Positions 10,294-20,120 of a DNA stretch of 64,000 nucleotides are shown here, piece by piece. The first letter of the stretch is position 1, and each line of letters opens with the position of its first letter. The stretch spans positions 64,001-128,000 of the IMG/VR virus record IMGVR_UViG_2751185671_000004; one strand, given 5' to 3'. The notes beneath the pieces were generated by a model. The model had not been told where the DNA came from. It was given only the letters and a program-made list of their open reading frames with translations, and made no database searches. The translations under genes were made by a program, and so were the position numbers. This DNA comes from a virus (lineage: Duplodnaviria > Caudoviricetes).

Positions 10294-10521
10294 CTAAAAT
10301 CGCATTAATATAGGCCGACGACGAGGTTTTCCTTCTGTATGAGCAATGGCTTGTCTTAGGTGCGCAATATAACGCTCTAAATCCCGCACATTGACTTCGG
10401 AAAACTCTGTCATACCAAAGTCATCGACTCGGACTTCCACTTCCCTTGCCCCTGTATTGAGCTGATGCAATGCTAACTCGGCTTCTTCTAAACGTTGTTT
10501 TAATATGACTAAACTCGGCAT
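10294..10521 (-). CDS. Head-tail joining protein gpW (lambda-type)
   Basis: 75 aa between terL and portal; AELALHQLNTG. Confidence 0.8.
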   Translation of the reverse strand: MPSLVILKQRLEEAELALHQLNTGAREVEVRVDDFGMTEFSEVNVRDLERYIAHLRQAIAHTEGKPRRRPILMRF

Positions 10522-10560
10522 AGTATTTTTTCTTGGTTATTTTACTTAGACAATTAAATA

Positions 10561-12546
10561 TTAAAGATAAGGATCATCGGCATGTGTAGCGCCACGTTGC
10601 ATGAGCGGTAACATAGAAGAAACAACACCTGATGATGTCTTCTTTAGTTTTTTATTATCCTTAATGGTATCCTGTCTTTTTATTTCCTGCTCACCCAACG
10701 CCTTTTCCATTCGCCGCCAATGAATTTCCTTAAAACGATCCAATCCATAAATAGTGGCAGCGGCTCTGGCGTAGATACGACAATCTAATGCTTCGTTGTT
10801 CCGCGTTGGATCTTTTTCCCAAACAGCTTTGGGATAGCCCTTAACTATTTTTATTATTTTCTTTTCAGCCGTCAGCTGCTTAAAATATTCTTCTCCGTAT
10901 TGCGGATAGAAACAGCTTCCATGGGGCGGTTTTTCATTTTTTTTACGTTGCTCATCCGTCAGTCTTGGCAGCTTCAACCAACGATACAGCTCTGTTTTTG
11001 CCACAGGGCCACTCACACCCCAGACACGCAGACCTTTTCGCTTGCCTCCAGTATCCGCTTTCGACACCCCTAAAATTAATGCCGTATCATTATCGCGTCC
11101 TTTGATGGCAACAGCCGTTCGTGGTTGTGATGCTCGAGCACCAACAGCGCCCCACACCGGTTGAGGATATTGACGTACCCAGCTATACACATCTTGTGTT
11201 GCAAATCCTGAATCCACACACATAACACGTATCGGTAATGTGGCACCCGTTTCTGTTGGCCAATCTTTCGCTAATAGCTTATCGAGTTTATTCCACGTTT
11301 TTTGTTGCGCCGTATCACCATCTAATACGTGGTAATCCACCGACCAGGAAATCTTATCGCGTCCCCACGCGACAATTTCACATTCGATTCTATCTCGCTG
11401 AACATCCACACCCGCTGTTAAAAAGAGACCACCTTTTGGAACGACACCTAGAGGGTAATCATCACGACGTTCATAGAGGCGTTCCCACTCCGGTGCATCA
11501 TACTCGTCCTCGTAAGCCTCACCTAAGACCGTATTAATAAACCCTTTCATTAAATCAGGATTTAATAGCGCCTTTTCATAATCACTGGCCACATCTTCCC
11601 AGCTGTACCAACCAACCGGACTGTAGAGGGAAGAAAGGTGATAGCCGCGTGTTGTATCATTTCCTTCTGAGGTGGCAATCCATTCTCCCTTGAGCAACAT
11701 GTGTGTTTTATGATGTTCGTAGATTTTTTCTTGGCAGTGCTCACAGATATAGTGAACACTTTTGTAGTTGCCTTTTGTCCAATGTAGTTGTGTAAATTTT
11801 AGGGATTGTTTAACACCACAATGGGGGCAAGGAACAAAGTAGTAGCGCTGATCAGAGGCTTCAAACTCCCGCAGAATTCGAGACGTACTTTTTACTGTTG
11901 GTGTACTTACCAGTAATATTTTTCGGCGACGTCGAAACGTAGCTGTTCTTCGTTCTACTAGAAATTGTGGATCACCTTCACCATCTAAATCACCTACGGG
12001 CCAGCCGTCAATTTCATCCAAAAATAAATAACGGGCGGACATGGAGCGTAAGCCAACAGCACTGTTAGCCCCAGTGAGAACTAACATCCCCCCTGGGAAA
12101 TCTTTACTCAGGATCGTATTGCCTGAATCACGACTGCGTGCTGGAGCGATGCGTGCACGTAATTCAGGACAATCATTAATAAGGGTTTCGATACGTTGTC
12201 GTGAATTACGTTTAGCCATCTCAACTGTCGGTGAAACGGCCATCGTAGGGCCAGGGGCAATATGGATGATGTATCCTAAGAGGTTGTTTCCTGTCTCGGT
12301 CCCGCCCACCTGGGCACCTTTCATAAATGTCACTTTCTCGATAGGCGATGACGGCGAAAGGGAATCCATAATTTCTTTTAAATAGGGGGTTCGCTGTGTT
12401 CGCCAACGCCCCGCTTCGTCGGAGCTTTTCGCGGGTAATACTCGGTATTTGTCTGCCCACTCTGATACAAGTAAAAGCGGATCGGGTGTGAGTCCATCAG
12501 ACCACGCCTTTTCAATATCAACAAAGCCATCATAATTATCGACCAT
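10561..12546 (-). CDS. Terminase large subunit (gpA family)
   Basis: KGAQVGGTE, LFLDEID, STPT, GVDVQ, RNNEALDC. Confidence 0.97.
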   Translation of the reverse strand: MVDNYDGFVDIEKAWSDGLTPDPLLLVSEWADKYRVLPAKSSDEAGRWRTQRTPYLKEIMDSLSPSSPIEKVTFMKGAQVGGTETGNNLLGYIIHIAPGPTMAVSPTVEMAKRNSRQRIETLINDCPELRARIAPARSRDSGNTILSKDFPGGMLVLTGANSAVGLRSMSARYLFLDEIDGWPVGDLDGEGDPQFLVERRTATFRRRRKILLVSTPTVKSTSRILREFEASDQRYYFVPCPHCGVKQSLKFTQLHWTKGNYKSVHYICEHCQEKIYEHHKTHMLLKGEWIATSEGNDTTRGYHLSSLYSPVGWYSWEDVASDYEKALLNPDLMKGFINTVLGEAYEDEYDAPEWERLYERRDDYPLGVVPKGGLFLTAGVDVQRDRIECEIVAWGRDKISWSVDYHVLDGDTAQQKTWNKLDKLLAKDWPTETGATLPIRVMCVDSGFATQDVYSWVRQYPQPVWGAVGARASQPRTAVAIKGRDNDTALILGVSKADTGGKRKGLRVWGVSGPVAKTELYRWLKLPRLTDEQRKKNEKPPHGSCFYPQYGEEYFKQLTAEKKIIKIVKGYPKAVWEKDPTRNNEALDCRIYARAAATIYGLDRFKEIHWRRMEKALGEQEIKRQDTIKDNKKLKKTSSGVVSSMLPLMQRGATHADDPYL

Positions 12547-13105
12547 CGAATGTTACGGTTATATCAGCCAGTTCAGAGAGATGTTGTAGGACATAGCGAT
12601 CCAGTAATGTGTGTAAGGTGTGTTGGTCGACCGCTAATTGTGAAGCCATTTCAGCAGCAATACGTGACGGCCATCGTTGCCATGCATCGCGCTCTTCTCG
12701 CGCAAGTCGAAACACATGCGCCACGGCTTTATCTCGATTGACCAGTTCTTTTTTTAATTCCGCTAATTTAACGCGTTGTGTCTGCGCTTTAAGAATCTCG
12801 TTTGCTGTCCGTGCTTGCACATACGTTGTTGTACTTCCAGGTTTTTCTTTCAGCGTATCGTCAACGGCGTCCATCGCCTCTTGAGAAATAGGACGCGACT
12901 TCGGCTTATTCGCTTTGCTAACTGTTTTCGATAGATTTGAAAAAGTAGACTCCGTATTTATTTGCCATTCTTTATCGGCTTTTTCTATATCGATGGAACC
13001 ATCGCTCTCTTTTGTAATACGACCTGTTTTTATAGCTTTGCGCACAGCAGTATCCGACACCCCACGGTGGCGGGCATAGGCACGAATAGAGATTCCCATA
13101 GTCAT
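12536..13105 (-). CDS. Putative terminase small subunit
   Basis: N-terminal HTH SIRAYARHRGVSDTAVRKAI; overlaps terL start. Confidence 0.8.
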   Translation of the reverse strand: MTMGISIRAYARHRGVSDTAVRKAIKTGRITKESDGSIDIEKADKEWQINTESTFSNLSKTVSKANKPKSRPISQEAMDAVDDTLKEKPGSTTTYVQARTANEILKAQTQRVKLAELKKELVNRDKAVAHVFRLAREERDAWQRWPSRIAAEMASQLAVDQHTLHTLLDRYVLQHLSELADITVTFDGR

Positions 13106-13248
13106 GTTCCCTGGATAAAAAATACATCACTCAAATGACGAAAGAAAGCAAGTCATCGTGACTAAAAAAACAATAAAAAACCACTTGATGTGTTCGGCAG
13201 TTGAAGGGTTAATGTCCCTACAAACACGCAATACAAAAGGCAAATATA

Positions 13249-13488
13249 ATGATTAATTTTGACGAACCCAAAAGCCCCAAAGCAACGTTTACCGCTAAAA
13301 AAAATCAGATTGATAAGGCGCTACAACGCCTGCAACAGCACAGCGATGAATTCTTTAACGTTAATCAAGACAAAATACATTGGGGACATGTGACCGACAT
13401 TACCGATTACGCCGAATTACTAAAGCATCTTACCGATAGAGTATTTAAAGAAGGCGAATATGCGCCAGGAAACGCGGCTAAATACTAA
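13249..13488 (+). CDS. Phage hypothetical protein
   Basis: RBS, IHWGHV motif, preceded by conserved motif. Confidence 0.75.
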   Translation: MINFDEPKSPKATFTAKKNQIDKALQRLQQHSDEFFNVNQDKIHWGHVTDITDYAELLKHLTDRVFKEGEYAPGNAAKY

Positions 13489-13497
13489 ATAAAAAGA

Positions 13498-14013
13498 ATG
13501 AGTATAAACAACATCATAAGAGAGCGGCTACAACATGTAGCCCTTCATCGTCTCAAACTTATGAGTAAAAATAAAGAGATATCTATCATGATAAAACTTA
13601 CAAATACACAAACCACCATTTTATCTAACGCGGCGCAAAGAGAAACAGGCTCGATTTATCCACTGCCGAACACTATCAATAAAGGCATCGAGTCGCGTGT
13701 TATTAACAGCCTGCTCAAAAAAAAATTTATTGACGAGAAGAACGGTGACCACACTATTAACGCCAATGGGTTTAAAGCCATTGGCCTTGCACCTAAGGAG
13801 AAAACTAGAACAAGCAAGAATGATATTATTCTCCAGCTTGTGAGCGCCAAAGAAGGGGCAACGCTTAAGGCTTTATGCGAGGCCACCTCCTGGCAGAAAC
13901 ATAGCGTGAGGGGCGCTATAAGCACTTTAAAATCTAAAGGGCATACTATTATTTCCTCTAGAGACAGCGATGGATCACGCAAATACACACTAAAAAAAGA
14001 CAACACGCATTAG
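13498..14013 (+). CDS. DUF3489-like winged-helix protein
   Basis: EGATLKALCEATSWQKHSVRGAIS. Confidence 0.8.
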   Translation: MSINNIIRERLQHVALHRLKLMSKNKEISIMIKLTNTQTTILSNAAQRETGSIYPLPNTINKGIESRVINSLLKKKFIDEKNGDHTINANGFKAIGLAPKEKTRTSKNDIILQLVSAKEGATLKALCEATSWQKHSVRGAISTLKSKGHTIISSRDSDGSRKYTLKKDNTH

Positions 14014-14095
14014 ATATTACTCCGTCATTAACCTATCCCAAAAAATATAAAAACAGCGCCTCATTTGCTTGATCTTAGCGGTAAGTGAAGCGTGA

Positions 14096-14491
14096 ATGAA
14101 GCACAATATTATGCTAAAAACAAAAGGAATGATGATAATGATATCCGAAAAAGAAAATCAAACAAAAACCATGTTGTTAGTTAAAAATAAAAGCGCCTAT
14201 CACACGGTCTATTGTTTTAATAATCACCACTATGATGACGATGCGCTGAGCGATATTTTACATCAACACTACAACACCCCCGAGCGTATTGATCAACTTA
14301 TTCGTAGTGGGAACATACATACACTATATCCCGATAGTATACGTCTATTTACACTTGGCCATAAACTCTATCACCCCCATATCACGTATAAGGATCTCGG
14401 TATTGCAGTTGACGAGGGCGTTAAAGCCAATGCTCACCATATGTATATACATTGCAATGAAGCGTGGCGGCACACAGCACTCACCATTTGA
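14096..14491 (+). CDS. Hypothetical protein, paralog of 14596 and 15697 genes
   Basis: VYC...LHQHYNT...LIRSGNI; true start probably slightly downstream. Confidence 0.7.
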   Translation: MKHNIMLKTKGMMIMISEKENQTKTMLLVKNKSAYHTVYCFNNHHYDDDALSDILHQHYNTPERIDQLIRSGNIHTLYPDSIRLFTLGHKLYHPHITYKDLGIAVDEGVKANAHHMYIHCNEAWRHTALTI

Positions 14492-14595
14492 TGAGGCTTA
14501 AATAAAGGCACTAAAGACTTGATGTGGCAGTCGGATAGCGCTTCGAGAATTGCATTGATAGTCTCATACAACAACATACAAGGGTAAAAATTCAA

Positions 14596-14946
14596 ATGAA
14601 AAATGCTGCCATTCAACACTTCATGATTGCTGTACAGGGAAAACACTCTATTAAGACAATATATTGTCACCAAGCATCGTCTTATAGTGAACGAGAAGTC
14701 GATGAGATACTAAAAAAATATTACAACTCTTATTCACTAGCACAGAAACTCATTAAGCAAGGCAATCTGATTTCGCTAAAAGAAGACTACGTAAGTACGT
14801 ATTTTCTACATGACAATAGAGATTGGAAAGAGTGCAAACCCAAAATCTGCCAAGATATGGCCAGCGTTATAGCATTAGCCATACATAATACGGCCAATAC
14901 CCTATGCCTTTATAGCGATAATACATGGAAAATAATGAGGTTATAA
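14596..14946 (+). CDS. Hypothetical protein, paralog of 14096 and 15697 genes
   Basis: IYCH...LKKYYNS...LIKQGNL...WKECKP. Confidence 0.7.
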   Translation: MKNAAIQHFMIAVQGKHSIKTIYCHQASSYSEREVDEILKKYYNSYSLAQKLIKQGNLISLKEDYVSTYFLHDNRDWKECKPKICQDMASVIALAIHNTANTLCLYSDNTWKIMRL

Positions 14947-14972
14947 AAAATCATATCGCTGTTGGTGTATCC

Positions 14973-15664
14973 AACATCGTTAAAGGATGAACGATTTTTA
15001 AGATACATTTACCCGGAGGCTAATGTTTAGCCTCTATTAATAAATCATTAAAAAATACAGCCGCGCTTCCTACCTAAATATTTATCTATCATTGACTTGA
15101 TGTGTTCTGCGAATGAGGCGTTAATGTCCCTACCAAAAACAACCCAAGGAACTATCACCATGACTGAATTACGATTAGCGCTTACTAATAAAGTGCTAGA
15201 GGTTATTTACCCAGAAGACCACAAACATTTCAAAGAATATATCGAATACTTTACCGATGATGACCTTAAAAATATTAACGATGCAGGACAATACAATGAA
15301 ATCTATAAACATAAAGCTGAAATTAAAGCAACCTTAAAAGGTTTTGTCGGGTCAGATGTATTTAAAGCGGAATATATTGCTAATACCAACAATTGGGCAA
15401 CTCAAGCCCATTTGTTAATAATTAAGAGGATGACAGCAATGCTCGATTGCTTTGATATTCATACACTCAATGCTATTGCGAATCGTAGTGTTGATATACC
15501 TAGCATCGTTAAAGAAATGGACGATGTCTAACGATACAGATATTTGGAGGCTAATGTTTAGCCTCCATCAATAAATAATTTAAAAATATAGCCGCACTTC
15601 CTATCTCAATATTTATCCATCATTGACTTGATGTGTCTCGCGAATGAAGCGTTAATGTTCCTAC
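14973..15664 (+). repeat. ~160-bp imperfect direct repeat (14973-15133 / 15503-15664) containing hairpin and promoter-like motif
   Basis: Shared ggaggctaatgtttagcctc hairpin and downstream cattgacttgatgtg motif. Confidence 0.85.
15160..15531 (+). CDS. Hypothetical protein
   Basis: AAGGA RBS before ATG 15160; track start 15097 lies inside the motif. Confidence 0.7.
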   Translation: MTELRLALTNKVLEVIYPEDHKHFKEYIEYFTDDDLKNINDAGQYNEIYKHKAEIKATLKGFVGSDVFKAEYIANTNNWATQAHLLIIKRMTAMLDCFDIHTLNAIANRSVDIPSIVKEMDDV

Positions 15665-15696
15665 TTAATTAAATAGCAAACGAAACGGAGATAACA

Positions 15697-16038
15697 ATGA
15701 GCACACGATCAAGAATAGCCATAAAAAAAGGGGATTTTTTTTACGCAGTCTATTGCCATTGGAATGGATATGACAATATAGGCGGCGTAGGGCCGACATT
15801 ACGAGAACATCATAATTCCTTTGATAAGGCAGACGCCCTCATTGCTTTAGGTAACCTATCTTATATAGAAAATAAAGAGGTCTGTGCGTATCACCGGGAT
15901 CGCCATGAACCCTGGAGCCGCTGCAAACCCCAATACGCTAAAAGTATGGAGCAATTGATAATAGCTGCCGAGAGAAACGACGCTAATTTTCTTTATGTCT
16001 ACGACGATAACCAATGGCAAACACACAAACTTTATTAA
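15697..16038 (+). CDS. Phage hypothetical protein (MSTRSRI...YCHWNGY type)
   Basis: GGAG RBS; YCHWNGY motif. Confidence 0.75.
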   Translation: MSTRSRIAIKKGDFFYAVYCHWNGYDNIGGVGPTLREHHNSFDKADALIALGNLSYIENKEVCAYHRDRHEPWSRCKPQYAKSMEQLIIAAERNDANFLYVYDDNQWQTHKLY

Positions 16039-16120
16039 TTTAATAATGCTTCATCTACTTGATCTAAAACGCAGATGAAGCGTTAATGTCGTTAGATAAA
16101 CAAATAAATAAGGCATTGAT

Positions 16121-16375
16121 ATGACAAAACTATTTGGCAAAGATACACTTAATTTAAACGAAAGACTGCGTTTGAAAAAGTTTACCGAAGAACTAGAAAT
16201 CATAACAAAAAAATATGGCGTCGTCTTAACGCTTTGTGACTCCGATAGCTCGGTTGAAATAACCTCGCCTAGTAACCCAGAACTTACTCATGTTGAATAT
16301 AATATAGAACCCTTTGATGGTGGCCTAACGCCAGTCAACTGGCAATTTTCGTATATTGACTTAGAACTCGAATAA
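16121..16375 (+). CDS. Hypothetical protein, similar to C-terminal half of 16493 gene
   Basis: FTEELEIITKKYGVVL vs FIEELTRLSQKHGVVL. Confidence 0.7.
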   Translation: MTKLFGKDTLNLNERLRLKKFTEELEIITKKYGVVLTLCDSDSSVEITSPSNPELTHVEYNIEPFDGGLTPVNWQFSYIDLELE

Positions 16376-16492
16376 ATATTTTCAGAAGCTGACCTTAAAC
16401 AATAATAATCGACTTGATGTGTCTCGCGAATGAGGCGTTAATGTCCCTACAGAAACACACACCTACCACCTAACTATAAGGATTTAACTACG

Positions 16493-16993
16493 ATGAGAAA
16501 ATACAACGCAGAAGAATTAGCCTTTATGTCCCAATATCATATAACACAACGTCAATTTAATTATATAAGCCTCCTGCTTAAAGATATGGAAGCGGCCACG
16601 GACAATATCTTCAATGTCGCATTACTCAATAATGGTATAGGAAAAGATATCAGGTTAGCGGCTTTAAAACTGCGGCCACAATTTTTAACTGATCCCTTTT
16701 GCGAGTTGAGTATTGATGAAAAGGGTTTAAAAGTAATACCGATGACTAGCGACACATACTCAGGCATAGAAAACGACACTGAAAAACATGTACAAAAAGA
16801 ACAATACTCGCAAGACGAACAGTTCAAAGCATTCATAGAAGAACTTACACGCTTATCCCAAAAACACGGTGTCGTATTACACGTTACTGGTGGTGTCACA
16901 TTTGTTAATCCAGGAGCACCTTGTTTGCACGACCTTCAGTATTCGAGTGATGCCACGAGTGGCGATTTGGAGCCAATCAACGGGTACGATTAA
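16493..16993 (+). CDS. Hypothetical protein
   Basis: AAGGA RBS, preceded by motif. Confidence 0.7.
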   Translation: MRKYNAEELAFMSQYHITQRQFNYISLLLKDMEAATDNIFNVALLNNGIGKDIRLAALKLRPQFLTDPFCELSIDEKGLKVIPMTSDTYSGIENDTEKHVQKEQYSQDEQFKAFIEELTRLSQKHGVVLHVTGGVTFVNPGAPCLHDLQYSSDATSGDLEPINGYD

Positions 16994-17225
16994 CCCAGGG
17001 ATATGCCATATTATTCTCTAAAATAAATATTTAATCCGCACATCGAATGAGAAATAAAAATATTAATAGAATAAAGGTTTTTTAAGGATAATGGTAAAAG
17101 TTCGCATTCCTAATGTGTGGGATTTTTCTAGTAAAAAAATAAAAATATATGCATCAATGACTTGATGTAGTCGTCGGAACGAGCGTTAATGTCCCTACAG
17201 AAACACATCAAGCGAGGAAATTAAA

Positions 17226-17504
17226 ATGGGCACATGGGCATTACCTAAAACAAAAAAAATCGCAAACGACTTACAAGTATTGATGAAAAAGCCAATACCT
17301 TGCAACCAAGCAACTCATCACTTAGTCGACATTATCGGCGACGATGATTTATACGATCTTCTCGATGAATTGGAGGGTGATTTTGATATACGCCCCATCA
17401 TTCGAGACTTTTTAAGCGAAGTCATCACACAGCGCATCGACTACAACAATAATGACTGGGATAAGGAAGCCCTCCGTATTTGCACACGGCTAACCTCACC
17501 TTAG
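17226..17504 (+). CDS. Hypothetical protein
   Basis: GAGG RBS, preceded by motif. Confidence 0.7.
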   Translation: MGTWALPKTKKIANDLQVLMKKPIPCNQATHHLVDIIGDDDLYDLLDELEGDFDIRPIIRDFLSEVITQRIDYNNNDWDKEALRICTRLTSP

Positions 17505-17507
17505 AGG

Positions 17508-18764
17508 TTAAGCCGACGTTACCTCTAGGCTGTTAAAGGTAAGAGAATCCAACAGCCTTGTCGCTTCCCCCCCTGAATATTCTTGCCAACGACGAATAAT
17601 AACGTCCACATATTTAGGATCAAGCTCTACTAGCCTTGCACGGCGGTTCGCTTTCTCACAGGCAATTAAGGTACTGCCAGAGCCACCAAACGGGTCTAAT
17701 ACAATATCCCGACTTTTACTGGAATTTCTTATTGCTTTCTCCACAAGCTCGACCGGCTTCATCGTAGGATGTAAGTCACTCTTATTAGGCTTATTAAAAA
17801 ACCATAGATCGGTTTGATTTCTATCACCGCACCAGAAGTGGTCGCTGCCCTGTTTCCATCCATAGAGAATCGATTCGTATTGCCGCTGATAATCGGAATG
17901 GCCTAATGTAAAATGATTTTTCGCCCAAATAATAAATGTCGACCAACGGCCACCGGCATCGCGAAATGCCTTTTGTAAGGTATCCAGCTCGCTGGAGGAC
18001 ATACAGATATAACACGCGCCTTTAGTTTTATCGAGGATATGCGTTAGCGCGTCTTTTAAAAATGTGTAAAAGCCCTCGCCTAGATTATCATTGAGTATAG
18101 GGCGACTATTAAAGCGTATTTTATCGCGCTGGTTGCTCCCATAATCCACATTATAAGGCGGATCGGTAAAGGTCATATCGACCAACTCATCCCCCAGTAG
18201 CGTATTAATATCCTCACGGCTAGTGGCATCTCCACATAATAATTTATGATCGCCTAGCAACCATATATCACCGACTTGACTGATCACACTTTCTTCTGGC
18301 TCAGGCACCTCATCCTCGTTACCCTGGCTATCCGATGCGCTATCAAAATCCAGTAATTCATCTAGCTCGTCATCCGAAAAGCCAATGATATCGAGATTAA
18401 ACCCTAGGTCTTTTAAATCATCAAGTTCCAAGGCAAGTAGTTCGTCGTTCCATCCAGCGTTTTCTGCGAGTTTATTATCTGCAATAACCAGCGCCCGTCT
18501 CTGTGATTCTGTTAGATGATCTAGAATAATCACAGGGGCTTTTTCAAGTTGTAATTGTTGTGCGGCTAGTAGGCGGCCATGGCCTGCGATAATCGTTCCG
18601 TCACTCGAGACTAGGATAGGATTAACAAAACCAAACTCGACAATACTGGCAGCGATTTGAGAGACTTGGGTATCGTCATGTGTGCGAGCGTTACGGGCAT
18701 AGGGAATAAGTTTTTTGAGTGGCCAGTGCACCACCGAATCTACAGCGATGTGCGCCATATACAA
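17508..18764 (-). CDS. ParB-domain N6/N4 DNA methyltransferase (beta class)
   Basis: PYARNARTH and AGHGR ParB-N; DPPY; VLDPFGGSGST. Confidence 0.95.
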   Translation of the reverse strand: MYMAHIAVDSVVHWPLKKLIPYARNARTHDDTQVSQIAASIVEFGFVNPILVSSDGTIIAGHGRLLAAQQLQLEKAPVIILDHLTESQRRALVIADNKLAENAGWNDELLALELDDLKDLGFNLDIIGFSDDELDELLDFDSASDSQGNEDEVPEPEESVISQVGDIWLLGDHKLLCGDATSREDINTLLGDELVDMTFTDPPYNVDYGSNQRDKIRFNSRPILNDNLGEGFYTFLKDALTHILDKTKGACYICMSSSELDTLQKAFRDAGGRWSTFIIWAKNHFTLGHSDYQRQYESILYGWKQGSDHFWCGDRNQTDLWFFNKPNKSDLHPTMKPVELVEKAIRNSSKSRDIVLDPFGGSGSTLIACEKANRRARLVELDPKYVDVIIRRWQEYSGGEATRLLDSLTFNSLEVTSA

Positions 18765-18834
18765 ACCTTAGTAAATTAAAAAAAACAGCAAGAAAAAATG
18801 AACGGTGAAGTAAATTAATACGTTATGTCGCGAG

Positions 18835-18949
18835 TGCGAACCTAAGTTAAAAATGCGAACCGCGAAGTGCGAACCACTTAACAACATCTATCGCTAGCGA
18901 AATTCGGCGGTCTTGCCGCCCGCATGGCGTCCATTTCTACCAAGTACCT
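18835..18949 (-). other. Putative cos packaging site (cosQ/cosN/cosB-like)
   Basis: Minus strand AGGTACT-N21-GGGCGGCAAGAC-CGCCGAATTTCGCTA resembles lambda GGGTCCT...GGGCGGCGACCT-CGCGGGTTTTCGCTA; three GGTTCGCA repeats follow. Confidence 0.7.
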
Positions 18950-19600
18950 TTTTGATATTTTTCGAAGGATATCGCAGACGTTCGGCGAAGTTTGTTTAAG
19001 TGTTATGAGCTGGTTTACAAATAAGACTGTGGTAATTAATAAAAGTTTCAATCAAATTAATTTTTTTCAAAACTAATATTAATTTAAGAAAATAGTAAAT
19101 AAATTACTGTAAAAAATAACGCGAGAAAAATATTCCACTAAACACAAATGTTACATATGTTTAATCCCATCGTAAATAATAAATCCCGCTCCTCCAATCA
19201 CTGCGATAAAGAATAAAATTAATAACGTGAAAAATGTTTGTTTAATCATGAGGAAGATCTCTGTGTGTAATTAACACCGTAAGTCCGAGTGTATAACGCC
19301 GCTGAAGCCTGGAAAGTGCCAGTATAACGGGGGTTCAATAATTTAATCGACTTGACCTAGGTTACCCTACTGCTTAGGTTATTAAAAATCTACAACCCTG
19401 TTGTATGAGCAGGTTACAAAGCAATGCTAACGAGCGTCATGCAGAGAAGCTTTTTCCTGCTAAATCACTAGGATGTTGTCATGCTGGCCTTAAACTCTAT
19501 GATATAACGTCGCTGACGCTTCAAAAGTGCGACTACAAGAGGTATTCAACGATTAACCCCTATCGACCTAAGCTACCCTACTGCTTAAGCGGCCAAAATG

Positions 19601-19960
19601 CTAAACCCCCGTTATTTGCGCAGGTTTTTGGGTAATCTCAATGATAGGGATATCAGAATTATTTTTCGTCTTAGGATACTTCCCAAAACGGTAATGCCAT
19701 AACGTACATTTCGTCGCTGGACATAATCGCGCTTCATGGGCTGATTTAGCACAGTCAAGGCATTCAGCACGAATGGCCTTAAGCGGTGAACGATAGCCTT
19801 CGGGTTTTTCTTTCCCATAAAATATATTCTTACCCATGCGATAGGTGTGTAACGGGCAGGAATTAAATTCACAATGTTTTACCTGAGTACGAGTTTCCGC
19901 ACAATCCAAGCATTTTTGTCGAATTGTTTTGATCGGTGATTTTCTAGCGGTAGTTTCCAT
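19601..19960 (-). CDS. Small protein with two tandem CxxC...C...C zinc-binding repeats
   Basis: SPIKTIRQKCLDC..C..CPLHTYRMGK and SPLKAIRAECLDC..C..CTLWHYRFGK. Confidence 0.7.
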   Translation of the reverse strand: METTARKSPIKTIRQKCLDCAETRTQVKHCEFNSCPLHTYRMGKNIFYGKEKPEGYRSPLKAIRAECLDCAKSAHEARLCPATKCTLWHYRFGKYPKTKNNSDIPIIEITQKPAQITGV

Positions 19961-19976
19961 AACTTTTCTCAGGCAT

Positions 19977-20010
19977 AAAAAAACCGCAGCGATAGTATCA
20001 ACTGCGGTTT
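19977..20010 (-). terminator. Rho-independent terminator
   Basis: AACCGCAG/CTGCGGTT stem with T-run on minus strand. Confidence 0.65.
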
Positions 20011-20120
20011 AATAATTTGTTAAATAAATATTTCGAGCGGTGCTTGCTGGTTCTTGTCTCAGGATAGGGCAAACTATACGCCCAAACGTCAAATTTGTCC
20101 CACCCGTTTTTTAAGACTTC

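Larger units (their letters stand above)
13183..17198 (+). promoter_or_regulatory. Eight copies of CTTGAT(G/C)-N17-GT(T/G)AATG(TCCCTAC) upstream of short genes (13183, 14067, 14516 degenerate, 15094, 15625, 16057, 16411, 17159)
   Basis: Read directly; exact 17-bp spacing in seven of the eight copies. Confidence 0.85.

Noticed and set aside
591-12884. Plus-strand ORFs within structural genes
   Set aside because: Overlap well-supported minus-strand phage genes and have no motifs
13183-17198. Repeated motif read as a CRISPR array or attC array
   Set aside because: Copies are non-palindromic, have a variable 17-bp middle and lie 350-900 bp apart upstream of genes; promoter/operator-like instead
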